A stretch of DNA of 32,000 bases from Candidatus Methanophagaceae archaeon (GCA_003194425.1 PQXB01000001.1:36843-68842); one strand, 5' to 3'. Positions 9,026 through 18,558 are shown, counted from the stretch's first letter. A program made the numbers and translations. The notes: generated from the letters alone by a model not told the origin.

Positions 9026-12000
9026 ATGAGGACGAAGAGGATAAAAGCGGTAAAATTCGGGCTGCTCTCGCCGAAGGAGGTTCGGAAAATGAGTAGTTCA
9101 AAAATAATAACTGCAGACACTTACGGCGAGGACGGCTTTCCGATTGAGATGGGGTTGGTGAACCAGCGGCTTGGGGTCATCGATCCGGGGCTGAAATGCA
9201 AGACCTGTGGTGGCAAAATGGGCGAGTGCCCGGGGCATTTTGGACACATCGAGCTCGCTGCTCCTGTTATTCACATCGGCTACGCAAAGTTGATTTTCCG
9301 AATGCTGAGTGCGACTTGCAGGAAGTGCGGCAAGGTTCTGCTCGGCGAGAAAGAGCGGAAACGCGTTTTAGACGAAATTGAACTGCAGAGAGAGCGGCAG
9401 GCGGACGTGGACGTGGTAGTGAAGCAGGTCTTCAAGGAGGCGGCGAAGACGAGCGTCTGCCCGTTCTGTGGCGAGCCGAAAATGGTCGTAAAATTGGAGA
9501 AGCCCTGCACTTACATTGAAATCGACGAGGAGGAGAGGAAGCGGCGGTTAATGCCGACTGATGTGCGGGAGCGTCTTGAAAAGATTCCCGACGACGACCT
9601 GCCGCTCTTTGGAATAGACGCGAGGAGTGCGAGACCCGAGTGGGCGGTTCTAAAGGTGCTGCCCGTCCCGCCCGTGACCGCACGACCGACGATCACTTTA
9701 GAGAGCGGGCAGCGCAGCGAGGACGACCTCACGCACAAGTTGGTGGACATAATTCGGATAAACCAGCGGTTCGCGCAAAACCGAGACGCTGGCGCACCGC
9801 AACTGATAATCGAAGACCTCTGGGAACTCTTACAGTACCACGTAAGCACCTACTACAACAACGAAATCGCGGGACTGCCACCCGCGAGGCACAGGAGCGG
9901 GAGACCGCTAAAAACGATGGAGCAGCGGTTGAAAGGGAAGGAGGGCAGGTTCAGGGGCTCGCTCTCTGGGAAGCGAGTGAATTTCTCGGCTCGAACCGTC
10001 ATTTCTCCTGACCCCGACATTGAAATAGACGAGGTTGGCGTGCCTGAAGCGATTGCGAGGGAACTTACGATTACGGTTACTGTGACTGACCGAAACCTCG
10101 AGGCGATGAAGGAGACGGTGAAGCGGGGGAATAAGCACCCTGGTGCGAACTACGTGCGGCGGGCGGACGGAAAAAAGGTGAAAGTAACGGAGAGCAACTA
10201 CGAGTCGTTGGCAGACGAACTTGGCGTCGGCTGGAGGGTAGAGCGACACCTCCAAGACGGCGACATCGTCCTGTTCAACCGTCAGCCCTCGCTGCACAGA
10301 GTTAGCATTATGGCACACCGCGTGCGTGTGATGCCGGGCAAGACTTTTAGGTTGAGCCCTGTGGTCTGCGTTGCTGGGGACACGCCAGTTCTACTCGATG
10401 GGGAAGAGGCAAAGATTGAAGATTTGAAGAGGCTGTGGGAGGGTGGAGAAAGAGGGGGAGGAGAAGGAGGAGAAGGAGGAGAAGGAGAAGAAGGAGAAGA
10501 AGGAGAAGGAGGAGGGCGGGATTTGCGCGTGCTTACCTGCGACTGGGCGACGAGGGAACTCGTGCCTTCTCGGATAAAAGCGTTCCACTGCATAAATCCC
10601 GCGGAGTTTGGGCTGAAGTGCTACAAACTCAAGACCGAAAAAGGGCGGGAACTCAGAGTTACGGAAGACCACCCGTTTTACACCGCTCGCGGCGTGCTGC
10701 CCGCGAGGGAGCTGCGAGAGGGCGACAAAGTTGCGAGCTACCCGGTCGAATTCCCGAGTTTAGAGGTTGAGGGGGTTGAGGATTTGGCGGGTTTAGAGCC
10801 GAGAGTTCTGCTGACCGAGGAGGAAGTGCGAGGCTTCGTTCCTGAAAATGCCGACGCTGAGTACGTGGTTGCGACACTGAAAAATAAGGGGCTGCTTCCT
10901 CTACGAGTGGGTTCAAAGACAAAACCAAATTCAAACTTAAGCTCCAACTCAAAGCTTAAAATCCTCGCTCGCCTCGTCGGGCATATTTTTGGGGACGGGA
11001 CGCTTGGCTTGGTCAAAGTCGCCAAAGACCGCAGAAACTTCAGAATTTACTTCAGAGGGGAAATAAGCGATTTAAAGCGGATAAAGGAAGATTTAGCTCT
11101 GCTTGGCTTCGAAAGCGGAGAGAGAAAAATCGTAAACGGCGTCTCTAACTGGTTCAAACTTGGCTCGCAGCCGCTTGGCGTCCTTCTCGCTGCTCTTGGC
11201 GTTCCGGTTGGCGACAGGACTGTAAAAGAGGTGCGAGTGCCGGAGTGGCTCTTTGAGGTGCCGCTCGCGGTTAAGCGTGCTTTCCTCGCGGCGTACCTAG
11301 GCAGCGAACTCTCGTCGCCACTCACAGGCACGAGGAGCAAAAAGCGGTTTAGAGTCCCGGTCTTCAAAATAACCAAAGCAGAACGGCTCGTTGAAAACGG
11401 TTTTGCACTTGCCGACGACTTCGCGAGACTGCTGAAGGACTTCGGTGTCGCGGTCTCAAGCACGAAATTAGAGAGCGGGAACACTCGCAAGGACGGCACC
11501 GTGACGAAGACGGTCGTAGTGGAGTTGAGCAGCGGGTTGGAATCCCTTCAAAATCTCTACGGCAAGGTCGGGTTCGAGTACGCGGCTGCGAAGGAAAAAC
11601 GGGCACGGCACGCCTACTTCTACTTATCCGAGAAGTTGCGAGCGGGGAAGGAGCGAGCGAGGAAGCTTGAGGTTGCGAAGGCGCTGCGGGAAGAGGGAGC
11701 AACGCCGAAAGAAATAGCGGAGCGGGTTGGAATCCCGGAAGGGACTCTTAGTGGCTGGCTCCACCGTGGCTTCCCGAAGCAGCCGACCGCACCCAACAAC
11801 TTCCCAGAATTCAAGGAATTCACGAACACCGCAACCGCGGGTCTCAGCAAATCCGGCATTGTTTGGGACAAAATAGAGGTTGTAGAGGAGTGCTATTTGG
11901 AAACCGCCTACGATTTAACGACAGAATCGGAAAACCACAATTTCTTCGCCTCCAATTTGCTAACCGGGAACTGTCCACCCTACAACGCGGATTTTGACGG

Positions 12001-13537
12001 CGACGAAATGAATGTTCACGTTTTGCAGACCGAAGAGGCGAGGGCGGAGGCGAAGATTCTGATGGCTGTGCAGCACAACATAATTTCGCCCAGATTCGGC
12101 AAGCCAATCATCGGTGGCATTCACGACTACATCACAGGTCTCTTTTTACTCACATACGGTGAGAAGAAATTTACGAGGGAGGAGGCGTTGGGGATTTTAG
12201 AGAAAATAGAAATTGACGATTTGGGAGAACCTGCGGGTGTAGAGGCAGGTGCGGAGGCAGGTGCGGAGGCAGGTGCGGAGGCAGGTGCAGGGGCAGGTAC
12301 AGAAGCAGGCGCGAGTGTGGAGGGCGGTACGGAGGGCAGTGTGGAGGGCAGTGCGGAGAGCAGTGCGGAGAGCAGTGCGGAGGGCAGTGCGGCGAGTTAC
12401 TGGACGGGGAAGCAAATATTTAGCAGGATTTTGCCGAAGGGGTTGAACTTGCAATTTCGCGGAATGATGTGTGAGAAGTGCTTTGAGAAGGGAGGTAGGG
12501 CTGGGTGGAGGCGGGCTTGCGAGCGAGAGAACTGCACGCGTGAAGGCTACATAAAAATAAAGGACGGAGAGTTGGTGAGTGGCGTAATCGACGAGGTGGC
12601 GGTAGGGTCGTTCAAGGGCAGAATAATCGACAGGATTTTTAGGCAGTTCGGCGAAGACGCGACCAAAAAGTTTATAAAGGATAATTCGCGTCTCGCTACT
12701 AATTTTATCCTGCGGACAGGTTTTAGTTTCGGAATAAGCGAGGAGGACATTCCCGCGGAAGGGCAGTGGCAAATAAAAGAAGAAGCGGTGCGTGCTGCGG
12801 AAAGAAAGGTCGACGAGTTGATAAAAGCGTACGAGGAGGGTGAGTTGGAGGCGCTGCCTGGGCGGTCGCTGGAGGAGACGCTGGAACTCCTGATAATGCA
12901 GGAACTCGGTCGTGCAAGGGACGACGCGGGCGGAATCGCGGGGCGGTACTTGGGGATTGAAAACGCGGGCGTGCTGATGGCAAAGTCGGGTGCGCGTGGC
13001 TCGATGCTGAATCTAACGCAAATGGCAGCTTGCGTGGGGCAGCAGTCGGTCAGGGGTGAGCGAATTCGGCGCGGCTACCAAGACCGCACCCTGCCGCACT
13101 TTAAACCCGGCGACCGCAGTGCAAAGGCTCGCGGGTTCGTGCGGTCGTCCTTCAAAGACGGCTTGTCGCCGACCGAATACTTTTTTCACGCAGTCGGCGG
13201 GCGGGAGGCGTTGGTGGACACCGCGGTGCGAACTTCACAGAGCGGCTACTTCCAGCGACGGCTCATTAACGCCCTGCTCGACCTTGAGGTAAAGGAGGAC
13301 GGGACAGTCCGCGAGACGAGGGACACGGTCGTGCAGTTCAAATACGGCGAGGACGGAGCGGACCCGTCAAAGGGCGAGTACGGGAAAGTCGTGGATTTGG
13401 ACGAAATAATAAAAGAAGAAGTCAAAGAAAAAGAAGAAATGCCGAGGGAGAAGGAGAGGGAGAAAGAGAGGAAAAGGGAAAGGGAGAAAGAGAGGAAAAG
13501 GGAAAGGGAGAAGGAGAAGAAAAGGGAAAGGGAGTAG
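9026..13537 (+). CDS. rpoA1: DNA-directed RNA polymerase subunit A' (Rpo1N), intein-containing, 1503 aa
   Basis: Zn motif [67 protein letters not shown], and catalytic [12 protein letters not shown] immediately after the intein. Confidence 0.97.
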   Translation: MRTKRIKAVKFGLLSPKEVRKMSSSKIITADTYGEDGFPIEMGLVNQRLGVIDPGLKCKTCGGKMGECPGHFGHIELAAPVIHIGYAKLIFRMLSATCRKCGKVLLGEKERKRVLDEIELQRERQADVDVVVKQVFKEAAKTSVCPFCGEPKMVVKLEKPCTYIEIDEEERKRRLMPTDVRERLEKIPDDDLPLFGIDARSARPEWAVLKVLPVPPVTARPTITLESGQRSEDDLTHKLVDIIRINQRFAQNRDAGAPQLIIEDLWELLQYHVSTYYNNEIAGLPPARHRSGRPLKTMEQRLKGKEGRFRGSLSGKRVNFSARTVISPDPDIEIDEVGVPEAIARELTITVTVTDRNLEAMKETVKRGNKHPGANYVRRADGKKVKVTESNYESLADELGVGWRVERHLQDGDIVLFNRQPSLHRVSIMAHRVRVMPGKTFRLSPVVCVAGDTPVLLDGEEAKIEDLKRLWEGGERGGGEGGEGGEGEEGEEGEGGGRDLRVLTCDWATRELVPSRIKAFHCINPAEFGLKCYKLKTEKGRELRVTEDHPFYTARGVLPARELREGDKVASYPVEFPSLEVEGVEDLAGLEPRVLLTEEEVRGFVPENADAEYVVATLKNKGLLPLRVGSKTKPNSNLSSNSKLKILARLVGHIFGDGTLGLVKVAKDRRNFRIYFRGEISDLKRIKEDLALLGFESGERKIVNGVSNWFKLGSQPLGVLLAALGVPVGDRTVKEVRVPEWLFEVPLAVKRAFLAAYLGSELSSPLTGTRSKKRFRVPVFKITKAERLVENGFALADDFARLLKDFGVAVSSTKLESGNTRKDGTVTKTVVVELSSGLESLQNLYGKVGFEYAAAKEKRARHAYFYLSEKLRAGKERARKLEVAKALREEGATPKEIAERVGIPEGTLSGWLHRGFPKQPTAPNNFPEFKEFTNTATAGLSKSGIVWDKIEVVEECYLETAYDLTTESENHNFFASNLLTGNCPPYNADFDGDEMNVHVLQTEEARAEAKILMAVQHNIISPRFGKPIIGGIHDYITGLFLLTYGEKKFTREEALGILEKIEIDDLGEPAGVEAGAEAGAEAGAEAGAGAGTEAGASVEGGTEGSVEGSAESSAESSAEGSAASYWTGKQIFSRILPKGLNLQFRGMMCEKCFEKGGRAGWRRACERENCTREGYIKIKDGELVSGVIDEVAVGSFKGRIIDRIFRQFGEDATKKFIKDNSRLATNFILRTGFSFGISEEDIPAEGQWQIKEEAVRAAERKVDELIKAYEEGELEALPGRSLEETLELLIMQELGRARDDAGGIAGRYLGIENAGVLMAKSGARGSMLNLTQMAACVGQQSVRGERIRRGYQDRTLPHFKPGDRSAKARGFVRSSFKDGLSPTEYFFHAVGGREALVDTAVRTSQSGYFQRRLINALLDLEVKEDGTVRETRDTVVQFKYGEDGADPSKGEYGKVVDLDEIIKEEVKEKEEMPREKEREKERKREREKERKREREKEKKRERE
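10367..11971 (+). mobile_element. RpoA' intein, 535 aa, LAGLIDADG type with a C-terminal HTH-like segment
   Basis: Splits RLSPVV|[14 protein letters not shown]. Cys1 block [12 protein letters not shown], block B TEDHPFY, C-terminal block [23 protein letters not shown] followed by Cys+1. LAGLIDADG-like [14 protein letters not shown] and [18 protein letters not shown]-like [24 protein letters not shown]. Length is 1605 nt, in frame. Confidence 0.88.
10441..10516 (+). repeat. 9-bp GGA/GAA repeat inside the RpoA' intein encoding [25 protein letters not shown]
   Basis: ggaggagaa / ggagaagaa units read directly. They lie between intein block A and block B. Confidence 0.85.
12233..12396 (+). repeat. 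Composite 12-bp repeat region in rpoA' (two unit families)
   Basis: gaggcaggtgcg x4-5 encodes (EAGA)n. It is followed by gagggcagtgcg / gagagcagtgcg x5 encoding (EGSA/ESSA)n. The region is inserted between EIDDLGEP and [14 protein letters not shown]. Confidence 0.9.
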
Positions 13538-13563
13538 GAGAAGAAAAGGGAAAGGGAGTAGGG
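13460..13563 (+). repeat. 24-bp purine-only repeat array (about 4.3 copies) forming the RpoA' C-terminal tail and extending past the stop codon
   Basis: Units begin at 13460, 13484, 13508, 13532 and 13556. 13513-13536 and 13537-13560 are identical, and each carries an in-frame TAG (13535-13537 and 13559-13561). Confidence 0.9.
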
Positions 13564-13575
13564 AGAGGGCGTAAG

Positions 13576-15000
13576 GTGAAAAAGGAAGAGGCGGAAGAAA
13601 TAGCAGAACTGCTAAAAGATGGAAAAGGCGATTTTACGGTGGCAGAGCTGACGGTTGGTCGCGAGGAACTCTTGGAGTCTGGGATTGAGGAGGCACACGC
13701 AGCGGACATTTTGAAAATGCTGGGCAGGCGAGAGGAGGGAGGGCTAAAACTCGCGGAGATAAAGTCGCGGGTGAATGCCTGCGAGCAGTTGTCGGAGAAG
13801 ATAAAATCTGAGTTAAATGAGAAGTTAAGGGCAGTGAGGCGAAGACTGAGTGCGGAAAAGTTGGACGCGATTTTGCGAAAGGTGGAGGCGAAATATGAAG
13901 AAGCGAAGGTGGAGCCGCGGGAGGCTGTCGGAATCGTCGCAGCGCAGTCAATCGGCGAACCGGGAACACAAATGACTCTCCGCACGTTTCACTACGCGGG
14001 CGTGGGTGCAATTTACATTACGCTCGGGCTGCCGCGGATAATTGAGATTGTGGACGCTCGGAAGAAGCCCTCTACACCTGCGATGAAGATAAAATTGGCA
14101 GGAGAGTACGCGACCGATAAAAACAAGGCAGTGCAGCTGGCGATGGAAATTGAGGAGACTTTTATAAAGGACATTGCCAAAATAGAAGCTTCTCCGGAGG
14201 ATATGTCTGTGTGGGTTTCGCTGAATGAGCGGGAATTGGAGCGAAGGAATATTGGGAGAGAGGAAGTAGTTGCGAAACTGAGCGGCTTAAGTACAGGCAC
14301 GAAGGCAGGCACGAAGGCAGGCACGAAGGCAGGCACGAAGGCAGGCACGAATGAGAAGGAGCACGCAGTAGAAATAGAAGAGACAGGAGCGGGCAGATTG
14401 CGAATCCCCGTGCAGACCAAATCTTATCACGAACTGCTGAGGCTCGAGGAGAAGGTGTCAAGCAAGCTGGCAGTGAAAGGAATCAACGGAATAAAAAGGG
14501 CGATTGTGAGGAAGGACGACGCGGACGGCGAATACATAATTTACACCGAAGGCTCGGCGTTGAAGAAGGTGCTGGAAGTGCCGGGTGTGGATTTCCGCAG
14601 AACAACGACGAACAACATCGCTGAGATTGCAGAAGTGCTGGGCATTGAAGCGGCTCGCAACGCGATAATCGAGGAAATGATGGAAACTTTAGACGAGCAG
14701 GGGTTGGATGTGGACGCTCGGCATGTAACGCTGATTGCGGACGCGATGACGATGGAGGGAGAGGTGAAGTCAATCGGACGGCACGGGTTGGCGGGCGGAA
14801 AATCGTCGGTTCTCTCGAGGGCTGCTTTTGAGGTCACGGTAGACAACCTCCTGGCAGCTGCTCTACACGGCGAGCGGGACGAGTTGCGGGGCGTTACCGA
14901 GAATGTGATTGTGGGGCAGCCGATAAAATTGGGGACTGGTGCGATTGAGTTGGTGGCGAGGCGGAGCGGAGGCGGGAGCACGCAGGCAAAAGGGCAGTAA
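13576..15000 (+). CDS. rpoA2: DNA-directed RNA polymerase subunit A'' (Rpo1C), GTG start
   Basis: [108 protein letters not shown]. Confidence 0.96.
   Translation: MKKEEAEEIAELLKDGKGDFTVAELTVGREELLESGIEEAHAADILKMLGRREEGGLKLAEIKSRVNACEQLSEKIKSELNEKLRAVRRRLSAEKLDAILRKVEAKYEEAKVEPREAVGIVAAQSIGEPGTQMTLRTFHYAGVGAIYITLGLPRIIEIVDARKKPSTPAMKIKLAGEYATDKNKAVQLAMEIEETFIKDIAKIEASPEDMSVWVSLNERELERRNIGREEVVAKLSGLSTGTKAGTKAGTKAGTKAGTNEKEHAVEIEETGAGRLRIPVQTKSYHELLRLEEKVSSKLAVKGINGIKRAIVRKDDADGEYIIYTEGSALKKVLEVPGVDFRRTTTNNIAEIAEVLGIEAARNAIIEEMMETLDEQGLDVDARHVTLIADAMTMEGEVKSIGRHGLAGGKSSVLSRAAFEVTVDNLLAAALHGERDELRGVTENVIVGQPIKLGTGAIELVARRSGGGSTQAKGQ
14293..14352 (+). repeat. 12-bp tandem repeat ggcacgaaggca x4.5 encoding (GTKA)n in rpoA''
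   Basis: Perfect units start at 14296, 14308, 14320 and 14332, with a partial fifth. Confidence 0.95.
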
Positions 15001-15014
15001 GGAAAGTAAAGAAA

Positions 15015-15506
15015 ATGGCAAAGGCAGGAAATTTAGGGGCAGGAAAAAAGGCGGTTGAACTCTCGGATGTGAACAGGGAGTTGCAGAAAGTAGTGAGCAG
15101 CGGTAAAGTGCGGTTGGGGTCGCGGAAGACGCTGAAAGCGCTGAGAGAGAGGGAGAAGGTAGGAACAGGGGCAGGAGCAAGGGCAGGAGCAAGGGCAGGA
15201 GCAGGGGCAGGAGCAGAGGCAGGAGCGAAAATTGTCATTTACGCTTCTAACTGCCCCGCCGAGATAAAAGAGGCATTTACGGGTACTGGTACGAGTACGG
15301 GGGCGGAGCAGAGTAAAAACGGTGGCGGAGAGACTATTTTTTACGAATATCCCGCAAACAGCCACGAACTCGGGCTTGCCTGCAAGAAGCCTTTTTCTGT
15401 TGCTTCTTTGTGCATTCTCGAGACTGGCGGGTCGGAAATTTCTCGGCTACTGTCTACCTCGAGCGAGGAAAACTTGAAGAAAGGAAGGTCGCGGGTAAGT
15501 AAGTAG
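15015..15506 (+). CDS. rpl30e: 50S ribosomal protein L30e (eL30) with two low-complexity insertions
   Basis: LQKVVSSGKVRLGSRKTLKAL, IVIYASNCPAEIKE, YPANSHELGLACKKPFSVASLCILETGGSEI. Conserved position between rpoA'' and nusA. Confidence 0.88.
   Translation: MAKAGNLGAGKKAVELSDVNRELQKVVSSGKVRLGSRKTLKALREREKVGTGAGARAGARAGAGAGAEAGAKIVIYASNCPAEIKEAFTGTGTSTGAEQSKNGGGETIFYEYPANSHELGLACKKPFSVASLCILETGGSEISRLLSTSSEENLKKGRSRVSK
15163..15227 (+). repeat. 12-bp repeat in rpl30e encoding GTGAGARAGARAGAGAGAEAGA
   Basis: gcaggagcaagg / gcaggagcaggg units read directly. They are inserted between two conserved L30e blocks. Confidence 0.9.
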
Positions 15507-15538
15507 AAGGGGGAAGAGAAGAGGAAAGAGAGAGAAGA

Positions 15539-15967
15539 ATGACCGTAAAGCTGGACACTGAGGGAGTTAGGTGCATCGGCGTATTCGAAAGTCTTACGGG
15601 TGCAAGAGTCAAAGATTGCGTGGTGGATAACGGGGCGAATAAAGTGACTTTCGTGGTGAAGAAAGGGGACATGGGCTTGGCAATTGGGAAGAACGGGGCT
15701 AACATAAACAAGGTAGAAAACAGGCTAAGAAAAGTTGTGGAGGTCGTAGAGCATTCTTCAGACTTAAGCGAATTCGTAGAAAATCTGCTTCGTCCCGCTT
15801 GTGTGAAGAGCGTTGAACTGCTGACAAAAAACGAGAAGTGTTGCGCGTGCGTGAAGATTTCCAAGAGATACAAGGGTGCTGCGATTGGACGAAATGGCGA
15901 AAAGATAAAAAGAGCAAAGTTATTGGTAAAGAGAAATCAAAATATAGACAATCTAATACTTGTTTGA
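15539..15967 (+). CDS. nusA: Archaeal NusA-like transcription termination/antitermination factor (two KH domains)
   Basis: GVFESLTGARVKDCVVD, KGDMGLAIGKNGANINKVE and YKGAAIGRNGEKIKRAKLL (GxxG KH motifs). Conserved position. Confidence 0.9.
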   Translation: MTVKLDTEGVRCIGVFESLTGARVKDCVVDNGANKVTFVVKKGDMGLAIGKNGANINKVENRLRKVVEVVEHSSDLSEFVENLLRPACVKSVELLTKNEKCCACVKISKRYKGAAIGRNGEKIKRAKLLVKRNQNIDNLILV

Positions 15968-15970
15968 GGT

Positions 15971-16405
15971 GTGCGAATGGGAAGAGGGATTTACGCAGCG
16001 AGGAAGGCGAAGAGGAAACGGAAGGAGCAGAGGTGGAAGAGCCCGGACTTTGTTCGGCGGACGTTGAAGACCGCGAGGAGGTCCGACCCGCTGGAAGGGG
16101 CGCACATGGGACGGGCGATCGTCTTGGAGAAGGTAGGGATCGAAGCGAAGCAGCCGAACTCCGCGATCAGAAAATGCGTTCGCGTTCAACTAATCAAGAA
16201 CGGAAAGCAGGTGACCGCGTTCTGCCCCGGCGACGGTGCGATAAAATTCATCGACGAGCACGACGAGGTGCTGATCGTTGGAATGGGCGGGCGGAAAGGA
16301 AGGTCGTACGGCGACCTCTCGGGCGTGCGATTCAAAGTCGTTGCGGTAACCGATGTCTCGCTGCACGAGTTGGTGAAGGGCAGAAAGGAGAAGGCGCTTA
16401 GGTAA
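15971..16405 (+). CDS. rps12: 30S ribosomal protein S12 (uS12); the start may be ATG at 15977
   Basis: [60 protein letters not shown]...[11 protein letters not shown]. Confidence 0.96.
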   Translation: MRMGRGIYAARKAKRKRKEQRWKSPDFVRRTLKTARRSDPLEGAHMGRAIVLEKVGIEAKQPNSAIRKCVRVQLIKNGKQVTAFCPGDGAIKFIDEHDEVLIVGMGGRKGRSYGDLSGVRFKVVAVTDVSLHELVKGRKEKALR

Positions 16406-16420
16406 ACTTAGGTGAAGTGA

Positions 16421-16501
16421 TGGCGAGAAGAGAGGAAGAGAAGGGAAGGAGAGAAGAAAGGGGGAGAAAAGAGAGAGCAGAGATGGAGTGAAGAAGGGAA
16501 A
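16421..16501 (+). repeat. Near-homopurine spacer between rps12 and rps7
   Basis: I count only 5 pyrimidines in 81 nt. GA-rich degenerate repeats (gagaag, gaaggga). Confidence 0.85.
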
Positions 16502-17062
16502 GTGTTTGACAAAATATTTGAGAAATGGGACATCACGGAAGTGAAAATCGCAGACATCGGCGTCGAGAGGCACACAAGCCTCCAGCCGGTCTCGGCGCTG
16601 CACAGCGGAGGAAGGCACGCCAAACAGCAGTTCGAGCAAGCAAAGGTCTGCGTTGTGGAGCGGCTCGTCAACAAACTGATGCTGACCGAGCGGAACACAG
16701 GGAAGAAGTTGAAGACCTACAAAATCGTTAAGACCGCGTTTGACCTGATTTACGAGGCGACAAAAGAGAACCCGGTTCAACTGCTCGTTGACGCGATTCA
16801 GAACGCGGGACCGCGGGAAGAGACGATTCGGCTGCGCTTTGGCGGGATTTTGGTGCCCAAGCCAGTGGATGTGACCTCGCAGCGAAAAGTGGATCTTGCG
16901 CTGCTTTTTATCGCGCACGGGTCGCAGAAGTGCGCGTTCAAGAGCAGGCGGAGCATCGAGCGGTGCCTCGCCGACGAAATAATGAACGCAGCGAGGAATG
17001 CGAAGTGCTACTCGATAAACAAGAAGGAAGAGAAGGAAAGAATGGCACGGGCGGCGAGGTGA
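16502..17062 (+). CDS. rps7: 30S ribosomal protein S7 (uS7), GTG start
   Basis: VERLVNKLMLTERNTGKKLKTYKIVKTAFDLI, NPVQLLVDAIQNAGPREETIRLRFGGI, CLADEIMNAA. Confidence 0.95.
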   Translation: MFDKIFEKWDITEVKIADIGVERHTSLQPVSALHSGGRHAKQQFEQAKVCVVERLVNKLMLTERNTGKKLKTYKIVKTAFDLIYEATKENPVQLLVDAIQNAGPREETIRLRFGGILVPKPVDVTSQRKVDLALLFIAHGSQKCAFKSRRSIERCLADEIMNAARNAKCYSINKKEEKERMARAAR

Positions 17063-17063
17063 G

Positions 17064-17103
17064 TTTCTCTTTTTTGCGTTTATTTAGGTTTAAGTTTATA
17101 TAG
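17064..17103 (+). terminator. Oligo-T terminator of the rpo/rps operon, followed by a TATA-like box for the TRAM gene
   Basis: T6 run at 17070-17075 directly after the rps7 stop. gtttatatag at 17094-17103. Confidence 0.45.
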
Positions 17104-17198
17104 ACAGAAAAGAAATTATAAAACAGGTGGCGTGGAGGCGTAGTGTAACAGTAGTAGTAAAGTGCCTCTGCAGCACCAAGAAATAGGAGATCTGAAAT

Positions 17199-17411
17199 AT
17201 GGAATACAGCAGAGACAGAGGGGTGCCGAATGCCCCTTTGAATATTGGAGAGACCTACGAAGTAGAAATAGAGGACGTAGGGAGAGAAGGCGATGGAATA
17301 GCGAGAGTAGAGGGATTTGTGGTCTTTGTGCCCAATACGAAGAAAGGAGACAAGGTGAAGATAAAAGTAACAAAAGTCTCGAGGAGAGTTGGGTTTGCAG
17401 AAGTAGTGTAG
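17199..17411 (+). CDS. Small TRAM-domain protein (archaeal RNA-binding / chaperone-type)
   Basis: 70 aa. GETYEVEIEDVGREGDGIARVEGFVVFVPNTKKGDKVKIKVTKVSRRVGFAEVV matches the stand-alone archaeal TRAM fold pattern. Confidence 0.8.
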   Translation: MEYSRDRGVPNAPLNIGETYEVEIEDVGREGDGIARVEGFVVFVPNTKKGDKVKIKVTKVSRRVGFAEVV

Positions 17412-17430
17412 TTGCGTAGCTTCTGACCGC

Positions 17431-17507
17431 GTGGGGCTTCGCTTTGTCTTGCCCCACACCATTTAGGGGCTGTTGCCCCTAATCCCTTTTTATTTTTTTG
17501 TTTTTTC
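17431..17507. terminator. Bidirectional terminator region between the convergent TRAM gene and taw3
   Basis: Hairpin gtggggc(17431-17437)/gccccac(17451-17457). Hairpin ttaggggc(17463-17470)/gcccctaa(17475-17482). T-rich run 17487-17507. Confidence 0.6.
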
Positions 17508-18108
17508 ACTCAAGCATTTTTAACCCAGAATAAAACCGCTTTAACTTGGCTTTCCCGCGTGCGAGCGTGAAATTCGCTTTTGAGACGATAAAATCTAGGT
17601 GCGGGTCGCTGCAGAACAGCACGCCCCCTTCAGCCAGCGGAACGTTAATTCGCTCGGTGCTCACGATTTCTACTACCACTTTTCCGTTGTCGTTTGAGTT
17701 TGAAATCGTTTTTATGCCGCTGTATTTGAACCCTGACTCATTCGCTACCGCTAACAACGCCTTTGCCTTCCCCAAAGTTCTGCACGCCACGTGCAGAATC
17801 GGGGACTGCGACAAGAGCCAGACTTCGCCTTTCTCTGCTGTCCCTACCGCTGAACGCTTCAGCACCGCCAACACTTCTTCCTTCGTTACTGCGCGGTGCC
17901 ACTTCCCGAGAAACACTGCCTCCCGCTTCGCCCCGACTTCAGGGACGCGGAGCAGAACGATTCTGCCCGAGCAACTGCTCGTCGTGAAGAAGTCCTTGAG
18001 GCTGTTTAGTCGCCCGATTATTTCTACTACTTCTTCGTCTACTCGCCCCTTCTTCCCCTCCTCCGCGCGCAACCGCGCAAGCGCCCGCTCCTTCCGCTCT
18101 TCAAACAT
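17506..18108 (-). CDS. taw3: tRNA wybutosine/wyosine-synthesizing protein 3 (Taw3/TYW3 methyltransferase)
   Basis: RVDEEVVEIIGRLNSLKDFFTTSSCSGRIVLL contains the TYW3 SSCSGRI signature. I prefer the ATG at 18108 over the TTG at 18123 used by the track. Confidence 0.8.
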   Translation of the reverse strand: MFEERKERALARLRAEEGKKGRVDEEVVEIIGRLNSLKDFFTTSSCSGRIVLLRVPEVGAKREAVFLGKWHRAVTKEEVLAVLKRSAVGTAEKGEVWLLSQSPILHVACRTLGKAKALLAVANESGFKYSGIKTISNSNDNGKVVVEIVSTERINVPLAEGGVLFCSDPHLDFIVSKANFTLARGKAKLKRFYSGLKMLE

Positions 18109-18135
18109 CAACACCAAGAACAAGCCGAAAAATTT

Positions 18136-18177
18136 AGAAAATTATTTATAGAACCTGTTTTTTGTTTTTAAAGATAA
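18136..18177. promoter_or_regulatory. Divergent promoter region between taw3 and mrpF
   Basis: AT-rich. aaaattatttataga (reads tataaata on the minus strand) and tttttaaagata about 25-35 nt upstream of the mrpF ATG. Confidence 0.35.
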
Positions 18178-18201
18178 ACTAACACACCACACCAGCGAAA
18201 A

Positions 18202-18471
18202 ATGATAAAAATATTCTTGGCGGTCGGGCTGCTAATCGCACTCACGATATTACTTGCGTTGTGTCGAACGGTGCTCGGACCCGGCGTCTTCAACCGCGTG
18301 GCGGCGATAAATGTAATCGGGACAAAAACGATCGTCCTGCTGGTGATTATTGGGTATATTTTCGAGCGGCCGCTCTTCTTTGACATTTCGCTTCTTTACG
18401 CACTCCTGAATTTTATCGGGACTTTGGCGTTCGCAAAATATTTAGAAAGGGGAGAAGTATGGTCGGGGTAA
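18202..18471 (+). CDS. mrpF: Mrp/Mnh-type cation:proton antiporter subunit F (MbhB-like)
   Basis: Three TM helices. LALCRTVLGPGVFNRVAAINVIGTKTIVLLVIIG and DISLLYALLNFIGTLAFAKYLERG. Confidence 0.85.
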   Translation: MIKIFLAVGLLIALTILLALCRTVLGPGVFNRVAAINVIGTKTIVLLVIIGYIFERPLFFDISLLYALLNFIGTLAFAKYLERGEVWSG

Positions 18472-18558
18472 ATGTCGGGCTAATCGCAGCGGTAGGCGGT
18501 AGGGTAGGCGGTAGGAAAGGTAGGAAGAAGGTTAGAACAGGGCAGGGAGGGGACGGAG

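Noticed and set aside
15838-16401. 187-aa alternative-frame ORF over nusA and rps12.
   Set aside because: It overlaps the S12 frame, which has canonical uS12 motifs. Its product is R/E/G low-complexity.
16420-16489. 23-codon ORF (MARREEEKGRREERGRKERAEME) in the rps12-rps7 spacer.
   Set aside because: It is pure low-complexity translation of a homopurine tract, with no independent evidence of coding.
16190-16918. 242-aa minus-strand ORF spanning the rps12-rps7 junction.
   Set aside because: It is antisense to two unmistakable ribosomal protein genes and to the homopurine spacer. It has no recognisable motifs.
17546-18151. 201-aa plus-strand ORF overlapping taw3.
   Set aside because: The minus-strand frame carries the TYW3 SSCSGRI signature. 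The plus-strand product is S/T/P/R-rich with no motif.
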